Positions 1 to 12,412 of a DNA stretch of 54,317 nucleotides are shown one piece after another. Every line of letters starts with the position of its first letter. Position 1 is the stretch's first letter. The stretch covers positions 1-54,317 of the forward strand of contig NW_024705326.1 in assembly GCF_018977255.1 (NCBI RefSeq). Reading direction: 5' to 3'. The notes beneath the pieces were generated by a model. The model saw nothing but the letters and a program-made list of their open reading frames with translations, was not told the DNA's origin and searched no databases. Origin of the DNA: Callorhinchus milii (lineage: Eukaryota). The translations under genes and the position numbers were made by a program.

Positions 1-1708
1 AACACGCTAACCGCCGTGACGCTTCAATCGTTAACACGCTAACCGCCGTGACGCGTTCACTCGTTAACACGCTAAACACGGTGACGCTTAAATCGTTAAC
101 ACGCTAACCGCCGTGACGTGTCAATCGTTAACACGCTAACCGCCGTGACGCGTTCACTCGTTAACACGCTAACCGCTGTGACGCGTCAATCGTTAACACG
201 CTAACCGCCGTGACGCGTCAATGTTAACACGCTAACCGCCGTGACGCGTCACTCGTTAACACGCTACCGCTGTGACGCGTCAATCGTTAACACGCTAACT
301 GCCCGGACGCTTCACTCGGTTAACACGCTAACCGCCATGACGCTTCACTCGTTAGCACGCTAGCCGCCGTGACGCGTCAATCGTTAACACGCTAACCGCC
401 GTGACGCCGTCAATCGTTAACACGCTAACCGCCGTGACGCTTTCACTCGTTAACACACTAACCGCCATGACGCTTCACTCGTTAAACACGCTAACCGCCG
501 TGACGCATCACTCGGTTAACACACTAACTGCCGTGACGCTTCACTCATTAACACGCTAACCGCCGTGACGCGTCAACTCGTTAACACGCTAACCGCCGTG
601 ACGCGTCAATCGTTAACACGCTAACCACAGTGACGCTTAAATCGTTAACACGCTAAACCGCCGTGACGCGTCAATCGTTAACACGCTAAACCGCCGTGAC
701 GCGTCAATCGTTAACACGCTAACCGCTGTGATGCGTCAATCGTTAACACGCTAACCGCCGTGATGCGTCACTCGTTAACACGCTAACCGCCGTGACGCGT
801 CAATTGTTAACACGCTAACCGCTGTGACGCGTCACTCGTTAACACGCTAACCGCCATGACGCTTCACTCAGTTAACACGCTAACCGCCGTGACGCGTCAA
901 TTGTTAACACGCTAACCGCCGTGACGCGTTCACTCGTTAACACGCTAACCGCTGTGACGCGTCAATCGTTAACACGCTAACCGCCGTGACGCTTTCACTC
1001 GTTTAAACACGCTAACCGCCGTGACGCTCCTTCACTCGTTAGCACGCTAGCCGCCGTGACGCGTCAATCGTTAACACGCTAACCGCCATGACGCGTCAAT
1101 CGTTAACACGCTAACCGCCGTGACGCTTCACTCGTTAACACACTACCGCCGTGACGCTTCACTCGTTAACACGCTAACCGCCGTGACGCGTCACTCGTTA
1201 ACACACTAACTGCCGTGACGCTTCACTCGTTAACACGCTAACCGCCGTGACGCGTCACTCGTTAACACGCTAACGCCGTGACGCGTCAATCGTTAACACG
1301 CTAACGCCGTGTGACGCGTCACTCGTTAACACGCTAGCCGCCGTGACGCGTCAATCGTTAACACGCTAACCGCCGTGACGCGTCAATCGTTAACACGCTA
1401 ACCGCTGTGACGCGTCAATCTGTTAACACGCTAACCGCCGTGACGCTTCACTCGTTAACACGCTAACCGCCGTGACGCTTCACTCGTTAACACGCTAACC
1501 GCCGTGACGCTTCAACTCGTTAACACGCTAACCGCCGTGACGCGTCAATCCGTTAACACGCTAAACCGCCGTGACGCTTCACTCGTTAACACGCTAACCG
1601 CCGTGACGCTTCACTCGTTAACACGCTAACCGCCGTGACGCTTCATCGTTAACACGCTAACCGCCGTGACGCATCACCGTTAACACGCTAACCGCCGTGA
1701 CGCGTCAA
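1..1708. repeat. Satellite array, 32-bp unit AACACGCTAACCGCCGTGACGCGTCAATCGTT (~53 copies, runs off the window start)
   Basis: Head-to-tail repeat read directly. Two main variants (GCGTCAAT vs GCTTCACT), many single-base indels, no unique spacers. Confidence 0.98.
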
Positions 1709-2813
1709 AACCTGCCGAGTTGCCAGCGGTGGCTGATCCAAGGCGGTGGTGGGTGGGGGCTGTGGCAGCGATCACCCCCTCTTGAGACCCCAGAAGTTGG
1801 TGTTTTATTCATAGTTCACAGAGAAAATACATTTAATGTGTTTTGATTGTTATTGTAGGGCTCAATGTAAGACGCTGGCAATGATAAGGCTGCTCCCCCC
1901 TGGGAAGGTTCGAGATCTGCTTCTGGCTACGAATGAAGTGGCCAGGAATTTGCGTTACAGCAGATGGTTCCTCACCTTTGAGTGGCAGAATGTTGAATGT
2001 TATCCCCTTTCTTTCCCTTTCTATCCCGTTAAATCCCCTTGCCATCCATGGGTTTCCTTTCGATGCTGCGATTTTCCTCTCATGAAACATAAAGAATGCG
2101 TCCGAATAAAAAAAAAATACACTTGACGACCTTTATAACAATAGTATTATAAATAAGTCCTGTTTGTGCGATCGGCATCGTGTCACGAGAACAGGGCTCT
2201 CGTGCATCGCGCCATGCTAGAGAACGGTCCGCGGAAGCGAACGTCGCAGAACCACTCCCGAAATCTCTTCAAAGTGACCTCTCGTCGATGGTAAATGGCA
2301 ACAAAATTGCCAGCCGCCGTGCCGCACAGTGACGCTGTTGGTACGGTGTCAAGACACCGCGAGCCCACCCGTCGGGGTTACTTCGCCACGTTTCATTTGT
2401 CTCAACTTCTTTTCGTCTCATCTCCAACCGGTCTTATTCTCTCTCCTCCGCCTCTCGCTTTCCTCGCTCGCGCTCACGCTCGCTCCCTCCAGAAACTTTG
2501 CTGCTCGACTGCCCCCGTGGTTATCACAGCGGGGTTTTTTCAGCTGGACGCTGGGTAAAAGTCCTGAAACTTCACAAAATTCAGACGCTTAATGAAAACT
2601 ACGCGGTCCAGGGCGCGTAAAAATAGCACAAGGATGCGTCTCCCGCGAAAGGGCTGCGATGGAAGACGCGGGGCACCTGTGTGCATTTCCAATTACCGTG
2701 ACAGAAGCTCCGGGCTGCGTTGAACGGAGAGCGTTTGTTCCTTCGCTGCGCTACGTAAGGGAAGGCTTTGAGGTGGCCGTGCGTGCGCGTGTGTGTTCAC
2801 TCTATAGCTTTAC

Positions 2814-3123
2814 GTGGAGCCGTGGTGCAGCAGTTAGCGCTACGCTGCACCACGAACCGGCGAACCGAGTTCGATTCCGCTCACGGCCAACGCCGGTGAC
2901 GTTTTGTCTGAACCGGTCCTGGGCCTCCCCTACGTCGACTCGGCCTCAAATGAGTACTTGGTGCGGTGATGTGTAAACATCGCCACTGGGGAGACAAAGG
3001 CGGCCGGGCGTGGTGCTGGCCACCCACCCCTCGTGTGCCGTGCCGGCCTTCATAGGTGCTCGCTAACGGCACTTGCCCCAACAGTCTGTTAAGTCTATAA
3101 TGTGGGGGGTCTTTTTTCTTTGT
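2814..3123 (+). mobile_element. tRNA-derived SINE, family A, full-length copy
   Basis: Box A-like TGGTGCAGCAGTTAGC (~2823) and box B GAGTTCGATTCC (2867-2878). Homologous copies at 4769-5065, 4500-4577, 5263-5386 and 14934-15043 (all minus strand). Confidence 0.85.
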
Positions 3124-3695
3124 TCACTTTATCACGAGCAGCGTGAAGGCTCTGTGCTCTCTGGCGTTGCCAGCGCTGGGCCACGTGATCGCTCTGCGTT
3201 AGCGTGCCGCGTGGCACCAACCAAAAACGCGACAAAGCTCTTCCATGCGGAGCCAGACATCATCGGAGCGCATCAAAGAGGCGCGCCCCCGCACCAATTT
3301 TGTCACCGATACCGGAGCCGCTCTGAGCATTTCCTCAGCGTTTCCCAGCAGATTCGTGGCCGCGACAAAGAAACGGCAGTGATAATTGGTAAATGCGCTA
3401 CACCTGTCAACAGAGCCTAAATACCTGTCTTGACTGGGACGACGAAGCCACTTGGCTACCCCCCTTCCCCTCCCCTCCTCCACAATTCGGATGCCCAATC
3501 ATCAGCTGCTCTGTGGGACGAAGCGAGGACAGCCGTCAGTTCGGCCATGCATCTTGTCCGTCCGTGTGTCCGTCCAACCACGCCAGTGGCAGGCTGGGCC
3601 ATGGGGCCCATGGAGCACATGCATCTCAAACTGAAAATATTCTCAAGTTTGCTGCTGCTGCTGCTGTGCACAGCTCTCCGATGTATGCACTCTTT

Positions 3696-3762
3696 GTTGA
3701 ATTTCATTCGCACCGTATGTAGCCAACCGTGCTAATCGGAGTGCGGGGGAAGGACAACAAAC
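3696..3762 (+). repeat. ~70-bp dispersed repeat, second copy at ~14337-14405
   Basis: TTCGCACCGTATGTAGCCAACCGTGCTAATCGGAGTGCGGGGGAAGGACAACAAA matches TTCGCACCGTACGTAGCCAACCGAGCTAATCAGAGGTGCGGGG...GACAACAAA. Confidence 0.75.
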
Positions 3763-4499
3763 GAAACACGAAAAGCATTTATCAAGAAATGAGTTTGATT
3801 CTAGATTTCAAGGTGAATAGCTCCCAATGGCTTCCTGATATCGAAGGAAGAGCATTCCAGACGGCTGCAGAAGCGCATCTGACATCAGCGGTCGGAGAGA
3901 CGTGTGTTGAAAACAGGAAGAGCCCAACTAGCCACGGCATAGGCGATGGATGTTCGTTACTCAGCTTGATGAACTGTGATTGGCCATGGAGATATGACTC
4001 AATCCACCCACAGTGCCGTGCCCAATACACAGAAGCTTGACCTTAGCCGAGGTTCGATGTTACGTGAGTAGACGTCAACTCGCGTAGCCACAGAGCCATG
4101 TGACGGCTTCCTCCAGGAGGTGCAGGACAACCAGTCCGCCCGGCACGCCGTGACGCCCTGCACAGCCGGAGACGATGTGCGGCGGCCACCGTCTCCTACT
4201 CTCCGCGCATTCCACACGGCGGGGCTGTAACGTAGTAGAACGCCCCATCGATGTTCGGAAGAAATCCGATGAGCTGTAAAGCTCTTTTTCACGGATGCAT
4301 CCAGGTTTTACCGCCAGGTTTGCCAGGTGTGCGGCGCACACAAACCGCTGCTGACCAACAGAGCGACGTGCACATTTGTCCGTGAAGTGTCCAGGCAAAA
4401 ATGGGCGTTCATCAGTCCACCATACCTCACCCCGAAAGTGATGGGTCATGCTCATGCACCTGCACGCACATACACACACGCACGAGAGCGGGCACACAT

Positions 4500-4577
4500 G
4501 AAGACAAAGATCCCCGGGTAGCATTAACAGACTGTTGGGGCAAGTGCTGATAGTGGAGACCACTTGAAGGCCGGCAC
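4500..4577 (-). mobile_element. SINE family A, 3' fragment
   Basis: AAGACAAAGATCCC...TTAACAGACTGTTGGGGCAAGTGC...TGAAGGCCGGCAC is the reverse complement of the 3' end of the 2814-3123 copy. Confidence 0.7.
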
Positions 4578-4768
4578 TTACACCGCATCTCCATACAAAG
4601 ACGTGCCTCCCTGTTTTAGTCTAAGATTTTATCCTCAGTATTGTTATTGACACGGTTTATGAGATGCTAATATTAGTTGTTGAGGCTACTATTGGTCACG
4701 AATAAAAATTAGGCCAACGTGGTTATAGTGAGTGGCATGGAAAACTCCACCAAACTCAATTCTGTACA

Positions 4769-5065
4769 AAGACAAAGATCCCTCGTATAGCCTTAACATA
4801 CTTTCGGGGCAAGTGCTGTTAGCGAGCACCTATGAAGGCAACGGCACACGAGGGGGTGGGTGGCCAACATCACGCCCGACCGCCTTTTTTCTCCCTAGTG
4901 GCGATGTTTTTTTAAGCACCGCGTACTCATTTGAGTTTAAGTCGACCTAGGGGAGGCCCAGGACTGGTTCAGATAATCGTCACCGGTGTTTGGCCGTGAG
5001 CGGAAATCGAACTTGGGTCACTAGATTCGTAGTGCAGCGTGATAGCTGCTACACTACCACTTCAC
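4769..5065 (-). mobile_element. SINE family A, full-length copy with long target-site duplication
   Basis: Reverse-complement homology to 2814-3123 along its length. Flanked by the direct repeat CACCAAACTCAATTCTGTACA (4748-4768 and 5063-5083). Confidence 0.9.
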
Positions 5066-5262
5066 CAAACTCAATTCTGTACACAGGGGCGCACACACAC
5101 ACAGAACATCTGTTTAATGAGTTAATCAGTGGACCATACAGGCAAATGTTGTAAATAATCGCCGACGATTAAGGCTGGTGGGGAGTTCATAAATAACCTT
5201 GTCCAATCTGATGGCGGCCGACAGCAACTATTAAGGCGGGTACTATTCCAAATCCTGAGGCT

Positions 5263-5386
5263 GGGTCGACCTAGGCGAGGCCCACCACCACCAGTTCAGC
5301 TCATCACCACTGATGTTAGCCGTGGCCAGGAATCGGAACTGAGGTCGCGGAGTGTGTGGCTTGGTGCGGTAACCACTGGCGCCACC
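5263..5386 (-). mobile_element. SINE family A, degenerate 5' half
   Basis: GGGTCGACCTAGGCGAGGCCCA...GTTAGCCGTGGCCAGGAATCGGAACT matches 4940-5060. Confidence 0.6.
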
Positions 5387-7147
5387 GCTCAACCCCTTCA
5401 CACGCAAACAGTTCGCAATGTTGCACTATTTCTTCCAACATTATTTTTTACTTGCAAACATATGCCCTCTCCTCCCCTCCACACGAACGCACACCAACAT
5501 CCCACATTTAATGGCTCTGCCGTAAACGCGCTGGCTCCCTGTGGCGGCAGACAAATGCCATCTCCACTGCAGCGTGGAGTTTGTATAGTTGGAGCAAACT
5601 TCCTAATTTCCTGATAAACAAGGCCCCCTGCCGTGAGATGATGCTTAAAGCCCAACCTCGCCTCCACCAGCGAGTCCTGCATTATTTACAGACGGCGATG
5701 CTCAAGATTAAACATCCCCCATCTACCCGTTGTCACGTAGACGTTAGTAGTTAGGTCGTAGTTAGGTCGTATTTGTGTAGTGGTTATGCACCGAGGCTGT
5801 GTCCCGGCCATCCGACAAATGTTGGATGCTTAATGAGAAAAAAAAGACTTAAATTACGGTCGGACAATTCATCATGTTGACATGGTGTGACGGTTATCGC
5901 GTTGGCTTGCAACCCAGACTTCGCTGGTTCGCTCCTCAGCACGGCAGATGAAACTACGGGGGGGGGGGGGCAGTTGGTTAATCGGCAGGTCGCCTGCTCC
6001 TGTGGTGGTGGGGTGAAGCGTTTGGGTACTCCCACCTAGTGCGAGATGTCTGGACAGTGTGGAAGAGTAGACCAAATGCCCTCCCTCCGGAGGAGGCGCC
6101 TTCGTCAGCAGTGGCATGAGCAAGCAATTGTGGGGCTGTACCATTACCTTAAACTTCACCGTCGCATTGTCAGCAGAAGGCAACTTGGCTATTGTACTGT
6201 AATATCCTGCATCGTCTATGCTCCCCACCTTCAGCGCACCACACTCCACCCAGCACGGTCCAGACGGCGATGACAACAACGTACAATAACTTCCGCTGTC
6301 AGCCTCAATCTCTCTTCCACAGGCGTTATCCGCTGCTCCGATTCACGCTGTTTTCCAAATGATGTTTTACCATGCAGCCATCACGACATTAAGAAACTCA
6401 GAGTTGTATTAAACCCAATTCACTGGAAAGCCGACAGCTGTTGTATTCTAGATTTTCGACGCAGTCATTGGCGGGCTGAACCGAGACCATTGCACTCGAA
6501 AGCAGAGATGTAACCTCGGCGGGGGAGCATGAGGGCTGGAACGCAGCAACCTGGAGTCACCCCCTGAGCCTCTCCTCGTTTTCCACGTCGTGATGACCGG
6601 ACCAATTGGCGATGGATGGAGGGAAAAACTCCGTTTGGTGCTTTGCCTCAAACCCAACCCCCCACCCGGGCGACCGAAGGAAAGATGCGAGCCAGCGGTG
6701 TATCGCGCGGTGTGTCGCGCGCGGTGTCTTCAGTAACGCAGGGCCCTTGATGAAACGGAGGCTGCAAGGCTCAGCGGATCTCTTGGCAGAGGTTAAATAG
6801 GGGTCCACCTGCAGTGGTGACGGCTCGGTGAATTCTGCTCCCTTGAGACGTCTCGGTGCATTGTGGGCGCATTATAAATGTAAATTGTTGTTGTTGAGAC
6901 TTTAATTAGCGAGGCTAATTTGTTCATCGAGTATTTTACACGTGACCAAATCCGTGGATAATTAATTAGTGCTCCAGAGCACAAATTCAACACCTGAAGG
7001 TCGATTTCCACATTGTTATGGCGAGGACCAGTCTGTCTGTCAAGTAACCAACAGTCAGCTTCCCACAAGGTGGAACTCCTTTATTTAACATGCTGAGGGA
7101 TTGTAGGCACAGCTAATCCCTGTCCTGCGACCTTGCATCTTGGAGTT

Positions 7148-7435
7148 AAACTAAACTAAACAATTTTTTTTATTTTACCAGGTAAGGCCCACTCAGCTAT
7201 ATATCTCTTATTCAGAAGTGACCTGGCCACAATAATAGCTCAACGAATTGGCTCATCAGCCAATTACTCTAAAACGCACGTTTATAAATGTGGAGGAAAA
7301 ACCAGAGCACCCGGAGAAAAAAGCCACGTGACCACGGGGAGCACACGCAAACTCTAAATATACAGGGGTCGGGGTCGAACCCATGACCTCCTGCATACGA
7401 GGCGATGGAATTCATATCACACCACCGGTGGCGCC
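7148..7435 (-). mobile_element. tRNA-derived SINE with V-domain-like core (family B)
   Basis: Minus strand reads box B GGGTTCGACCCC, V-domain-like GAGTTTGCGTGTGCTCCCCGTGG...CTCCGGGTGCTCTGGTTTTTCCTCCAC and tail GGGCCTTACCTGGTAAAATAAAA. Three further copies in the window. Confidence 0.85.
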
Positions 7436-8502
7436 TTTAGAGCAGCCCTGCAATTGCTCACTCACATCACTGCTGGCGGAAGGGCTTCCACTAGAGGGAG
7501 CCCTAAGGGAGCCACTCTGAAGGTGTTTGGCCTACTTTTCCATGTGAGTAACGACACTTCACTCCACCACGTGTGACGTGCTTATTGACTGACTGTGGGG
7601 AACCTATTTGCGTTTCTCGGTAGACAGAGGCAACATTGTTTCGGCTTGCCAACAGTCCACAATCTCATCGCATTGTGATCCGCCAATCCCACTCATAAAG
7701 GCACTTGTCACCATCGCCCAAGCGGATAAGTCACGGTTTAAACGTTTAATGCCGGCAGCAATCGCTTAATAGCGTAGTCATATTAAAATGAGCATCAAGG
7801 AACCCTGAGGAGATAACAAAAAAAAAACGCTTTGTTATTTAGATTGTAAAGAAATCAACGAAGCCCTTGGAATGCTAAATGAGGGAGATGCTCATCTTAT
7901 TAAGTTACGATTTGTGCAATGCATCAGCTCCTCTCCTCTTGTGATATTGGCGCAGGCCTGTGTGGGAACGAGCTGGATGCGCCTTTGTGAGCGAGACGCA
8001 CCGCGTGCAATTACATTCGGGGGCCTGCTTCAAACGCACCTGAAAAGGGCCCTTTAATGGAAGCTATTTTATATCCCTTCTCTCCAGATTTGCTTCAAAG
8101 TCCAGCTGCACTAATTGACGTGTGATGTGCGACACATGGATGAAAACGTGTAGATATCCAAGTTTCAAAGACCGCTAATCCACTTGTATCGTCCTGCTGT
8201 GAGTATCTTATGAGGAACTGCTGGAGCATTTAAGAGGACGGGACACCGAATGAGAACATAACACCCAAGCCCAATCTTCGTCTAGGCCTTTATCACCAGC
8301 TCCATGGTTACCCGCGGCCCTGCTATCCGTGAAACTGGCCGAGTCCTAAGGCATTAGCAAACTTAAACTGAAAAACCTGACGCGTTCTCGTGACCAATGG
8401 AGAGCAGCAGGCCAACCCAATTTGTGAGTCTGGCGAGTTGTGGATCAGATTCGCGTGGCAGCCATACTGAGCCGAGCCAGCACCAAGCGGGCCCACATAG
8501 CC

Positions 8503-10363
8503 GCTTGGCCTGGGCTACACAACTCACTTGGCCTGGGCCACGAGTCTCTCACTTGGCCTGGGCCACGAGTCTCTCGCTTGGCCTGGGCCACGTGTCTCTC
8601 GCTTGGCCTGGGCCACGTGTCTCTCGCTTGGCTTGGGCCACGAGTCTCTCGCTTGGCCTGGGCCACGTGTCTCTCGCTTGGCCTGGGCCACGAGTCTCTC
8701 ACTTGGCCTGGGCCACGTGTCTCTCGCTTGGCCTGGGCCACGAGTCTCTCACTTGGCCTGGGCCACGTGTCTCTTGCTTGGCCTGGGCCGCGAGTCTCTC
8801 ACTTGGCTTGGGCCACGTGTCTCTTGCTTGGCCTGGGCCGCGTGTCTCTTTCTTGGCCTGGGCCGCGTGTCTCTCACTTGGCTTGGGCCACGTGTCTCTC
8901 GCTTGGCCTGGGCACAAGTCTCTTGCTTGGCCTGGGCCACGAGTCTCTCACTTGGCCTGGGCCACGTGTCTCTCGCTTGGCCTGGGCCACGAGTCTCTCA
9001 CTTGGCCTGGGCCACGTGTCTCTCACTTGGCTTGGGCCACGTGTCTCTCGCTTGGCCTGGGCCACAAGTCTCTTGCTTGGCCTGGGCCACGAGTCTCTCA
9101 CTTGGCCTGGGCCACGTGTCTCTTGCTTGGCCTGGGCCACGAGTCTCTCACTTGGCCTGGGCCACGTGTCTCTTGCTTGGCCTGGGCCACGTGTCTCTCG
9201 CTTGGCCTGGGCCACGAGTCTCTCACTTGGCCTGGGCCGCGAGTCTCTTGCTTGGCCTGAGCCACGTGTCTCTTGCTTGGCCTGGCCGCGAGTCTCTCAC
9301 TTGGCTTGGGCCACGTGTCTCTTGCTTGGCCTGGGCCGCGTGTCTCTCACTTGGCCTGGGCCACGTGTCTCTCGCTTGGCCTGGGCCGCGAGTCTCTCGC
9401 TTGGCCTGGGCCGCGTGTCTTCGCTTGGCCTGGGCCACGTGTCTCTCGCTTGGCCTGGGCCACGTGTCTCTCGCTTGGCCTGGGCCGCGTGTCTCTCGCT
9501 TGGCCTGGGCCGCGTGTCTCTCGCTTGGCCTGGGCCACGTGTCTCTCGCTTGGCCTGGGCCGCGTGTCTCTCGCTTGGCCTGGGCCACGTGTCTCTCGCT
9601 TGGCCTGGGCCGCGAGTCTCTCGCTTGGCCTGGGCCGCGAGTCTCTCGCTTGGCCTGGGCCACGTGTCTCTCGCTTGGCCTGGGCCGCGAGTCTCTCGCT
9701 TGGCTTGGGCCGCGTGTCTCTCGCTTGGCCTGGGCCACGTGTCTCTCGCTTGGCCTGGGCCGCGAGTCTCTCGCTTGGCCTGGGCCGCGTGTCTCTCGCT
9801 TGGCCTGGGCCACGTGTCTCTCGCTTGGCCTGGGCCGCGTGTCTCTCGCTTGGCCTGCGCCACGTGTCTCTCGCTTGGCCTGGGCCACGTGTCTCTCGCT
9901 TGGCCTGGGCCACGTGTCTCTCGCTTGGCCTGCACCACGTGTCTCTCGCTTGGCCTGGGCCACGTGTCTCTCGCTTGGCCTGGGCCACGTGGCTCTCACT
10001 TGGCTTGGGCCACGTGTCTCTTGCTTGGCCTGGGCCGCGTGTCTCTCACTTGGCCTGGGCCACATGTCTCTCGCTTGGCCTGGGCCACGTGTCTCTCGCT
10101 TGGCCTGGGCCGCGTGTCTCTCACTTGACCTGGGCCACGTGTCTCTTGCTTGGCCTGGGCCACGAGTCTCTCGCTTGACCTGGGCCACGTGTCTCTCGCT
10201 TGACCTGGGCGCGAGTCTCTCACTTGGCTTGGGCCACGTGTCTCTCGCTTGGCCTGGGCCACGTGTCTCTCGCTTGGCCTGGGCCACGTGGCTCTCGCTT
10301 GGCCTGGGCCGCGTGTCTCTCACTTGGCTTGGGCCGCGTGTCTCTCACTTGGCCTGGGCCGCG
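8503..10363. repeat. Minisatellite, 25-bp unit CTTGGCCTGGGCCACGTGTCTCTCG (~74 copies)
   Basis: Tandem repeat read directly. The long 'WPGPRVSRLA' ORFs in several frames arise from a nearly stop-free unit. Confidence 0.98.
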
Positions 10364-10395
10364 TAGCTCCCTGAGCACTTGCTCAGGGAGCTACG
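10362..10395. other. Perfect 16-bp-arm hairpin abutting the minisatellite
   Basis: CGTAGCTCCCTGAGCA-CT-TGCTCAGGGAGCTACG. Confidence 0.9.
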
Positions 10396-11809
10396 TGCAT
10401 TGCCAGTTTAGCCAAGGGGCCCTCGGATATAGTCGAGATGTCATCTACAGGGTCAACCCGCGGTACTTCTCCTTTGTGCGTACGGCTCATGATGTAGATG
10501 CAGAGCAACAACTACAATGCCACATTCAGGTGGTGAAGCCAGACAACCGCGTCAGGAACAGCGGAGTTTTATCGCTGCGATGTCTCCTTCGTATTTGTGG
10601 ACCGGGGCACTGCGTCATTATACGTTGGACGGTGTGTTCTGGATGACCACAGTTGCACATTATAGAGTTATTCATTTTACATTTTTTTACATCAGGTATC
10701 CGCATCTACCATGGTGTGTACAAATGCGGCTGAAGGTGACCATGAGCTTCTTGGAGATCAAACGCGGGGATCTTCTGCATTGGGTCTTTCACAAGGTGTT
10801 TGTTTGTGAGCTCTTTTGAACTCCATTCAGCTTTTCAGGGTTAAACTCGCGGTAAATCATCGCGTCTCTTGCCAAGGTCAGCTGCACAGCTGTGTTGTGT
10901 AAGTCCTCAGTTTCGTTTCAACAGTGTGAGAACTCCAGAGACCAGGATAGTCCCATTTGCAAGTGACCTGGTCGTACAGGTTTCCGTGATGTTTCGATTA
11001 CTTCCCTCAGGTTGCAGAGGGCAGGAAGGGTCCAGTGCGGATGGGTGAAGGGGTCGAGCCCCACGGAGCATCGGCAAAACAAAATGAGCCATGCTGGGCC
11101 GTCGTTAGAACATCGCAGGACGGCCGCGATGCTATAACGATGGCCAACTCTTCTGGCCAAATACTCAGTTTAGGATGATTGCCCAAACTTTGATCGCACA
11201 ATGTCGGCGGCACTGATGCAATGCTCTTGACTTGTGAAGTTAGCCCTGGGCCAATGTTTGTAAATCGACACGTTTATATGCACTTACCTCCAATGTCACC
11301 TCTCTCTATGGTTGCGGTGGTGTGCAGATGTTGCCGATTGATTGAATTTGCACGGCACATCAAGATTGCCGAGATACGTGTTACCTTCGGCAATTAATGC
11401 ACTTTAAATCAAATTCTCAAGTAAGTTGACCGTATCAGTATGTTTGTTGCATAAAATACTGGCCTGTACCCACTCACGCCTTGGATAACTCCAAGTCAAA
11501 CTTGGGTGTTCTTAACATCGGCACAGGACAGTTGTATGTATGTATGTTATTTTTAACTTCTTTTGCACTGTGCGTAGTCAACCGTGAAAATAATTTTATC
11601 ATAACCTGAGACAAACCGATGAGCTCCGAATGCAAAGCCTCGGCTTGCGTGGCAATGGTGGGACGTCACAGAGGAAGTTACATGAGAGGTTCAACTAAAC
11701 AACCCGATTTAAAGCTTTCGTGACTGCAGGGATTCATCTTCTTGGTTCTTTCGGTAAAGTCACGTAGAAGGGAAGTAATAAAATAATAAAAATAAAACAT
11801 AATAAAATA

Positions 11810-11861
11810 ATTCTCACGACGTTTCGGCTACAACGCAAGCAGCCGTCTTCAGGTGAAGAAT
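11810..11861 (-). ncRNA. Minimal type I hammerhead ribozyme (Penelope-associated)
   Basis: Minus strand reads AUUCUUCAC-CUGAAGA-C-GGCUGC-UUGCGUU-GUAGCC-GAAA-CGUC-GUGAGAAU. Confidence 0.85.
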
Positions 11862-12412
11862 GAGACACTACCAAACTAGGAGCTTATATATAAGCTGCAT
11901 TGGGGGTGAAGAGCGCCTTAACAAAAAGAATGTGCATGTGAAGAGGAATTTAGCATATTCATGGAAAATGCGTAGGCGTTGGGCGGGGGGGTTCAAAGTC
12001 ATATTATGCCCATGCATTATGCAGGATCAGCAGCACCAAGGGGGGTGCAGGGATTAGCAGTAACAAAGGAAAGGAATGTTAATGATATGTAGCTGCAGTT
12101 ACTCAACAACCACGTAGAAAACTAAAGTATAAACTACATAAAAAACTAAAGTATAAACTGCATCGCACCATCAGTATACTTACTATACTCTATAATAAGC
12201 TGAGTTACTAACAGCAAGTAATACATTACAATTCTACGTCGTAAAAATTCTATAATATGCTTCCATCTAAACTTATTCTCTTACATCACACGAGCATATA
12301 CCGTACTATATACTGCCATAGATAAACCCAACATTAAATTATATACTGTATTGCTGTAAACCAACCTATATCTTATACATTTAATATAACACTATGTATT
12401 ATTCTACACACC

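Noticed and set aside
1..1708. CRISPR-like 32-bp repeat with internal palindrome
   Set aside because: Units are contiguous with no unique spacers, there are no cas genes, and the context is eukaryotic.
5872..6279. 135-aa minus-strand ORF
   Set aside because: No ATG start, no recognisable domain and no clear splice context; cannot be supported without a search.
8397..10366. Long ORFs of up to 612 aa in multiple frames on both strands
   Set aside because: They are translations of a nearly stop-free 25-bp tandem unit; open frames on both strands indicate an artefact, not a gene.
10697..10899. Possible exon between a polypyrimidine-CAG acceptor and a GTAAGT donor
   Set aside because: All three plus-strand frames contain stop codons and no homology is recognisable.
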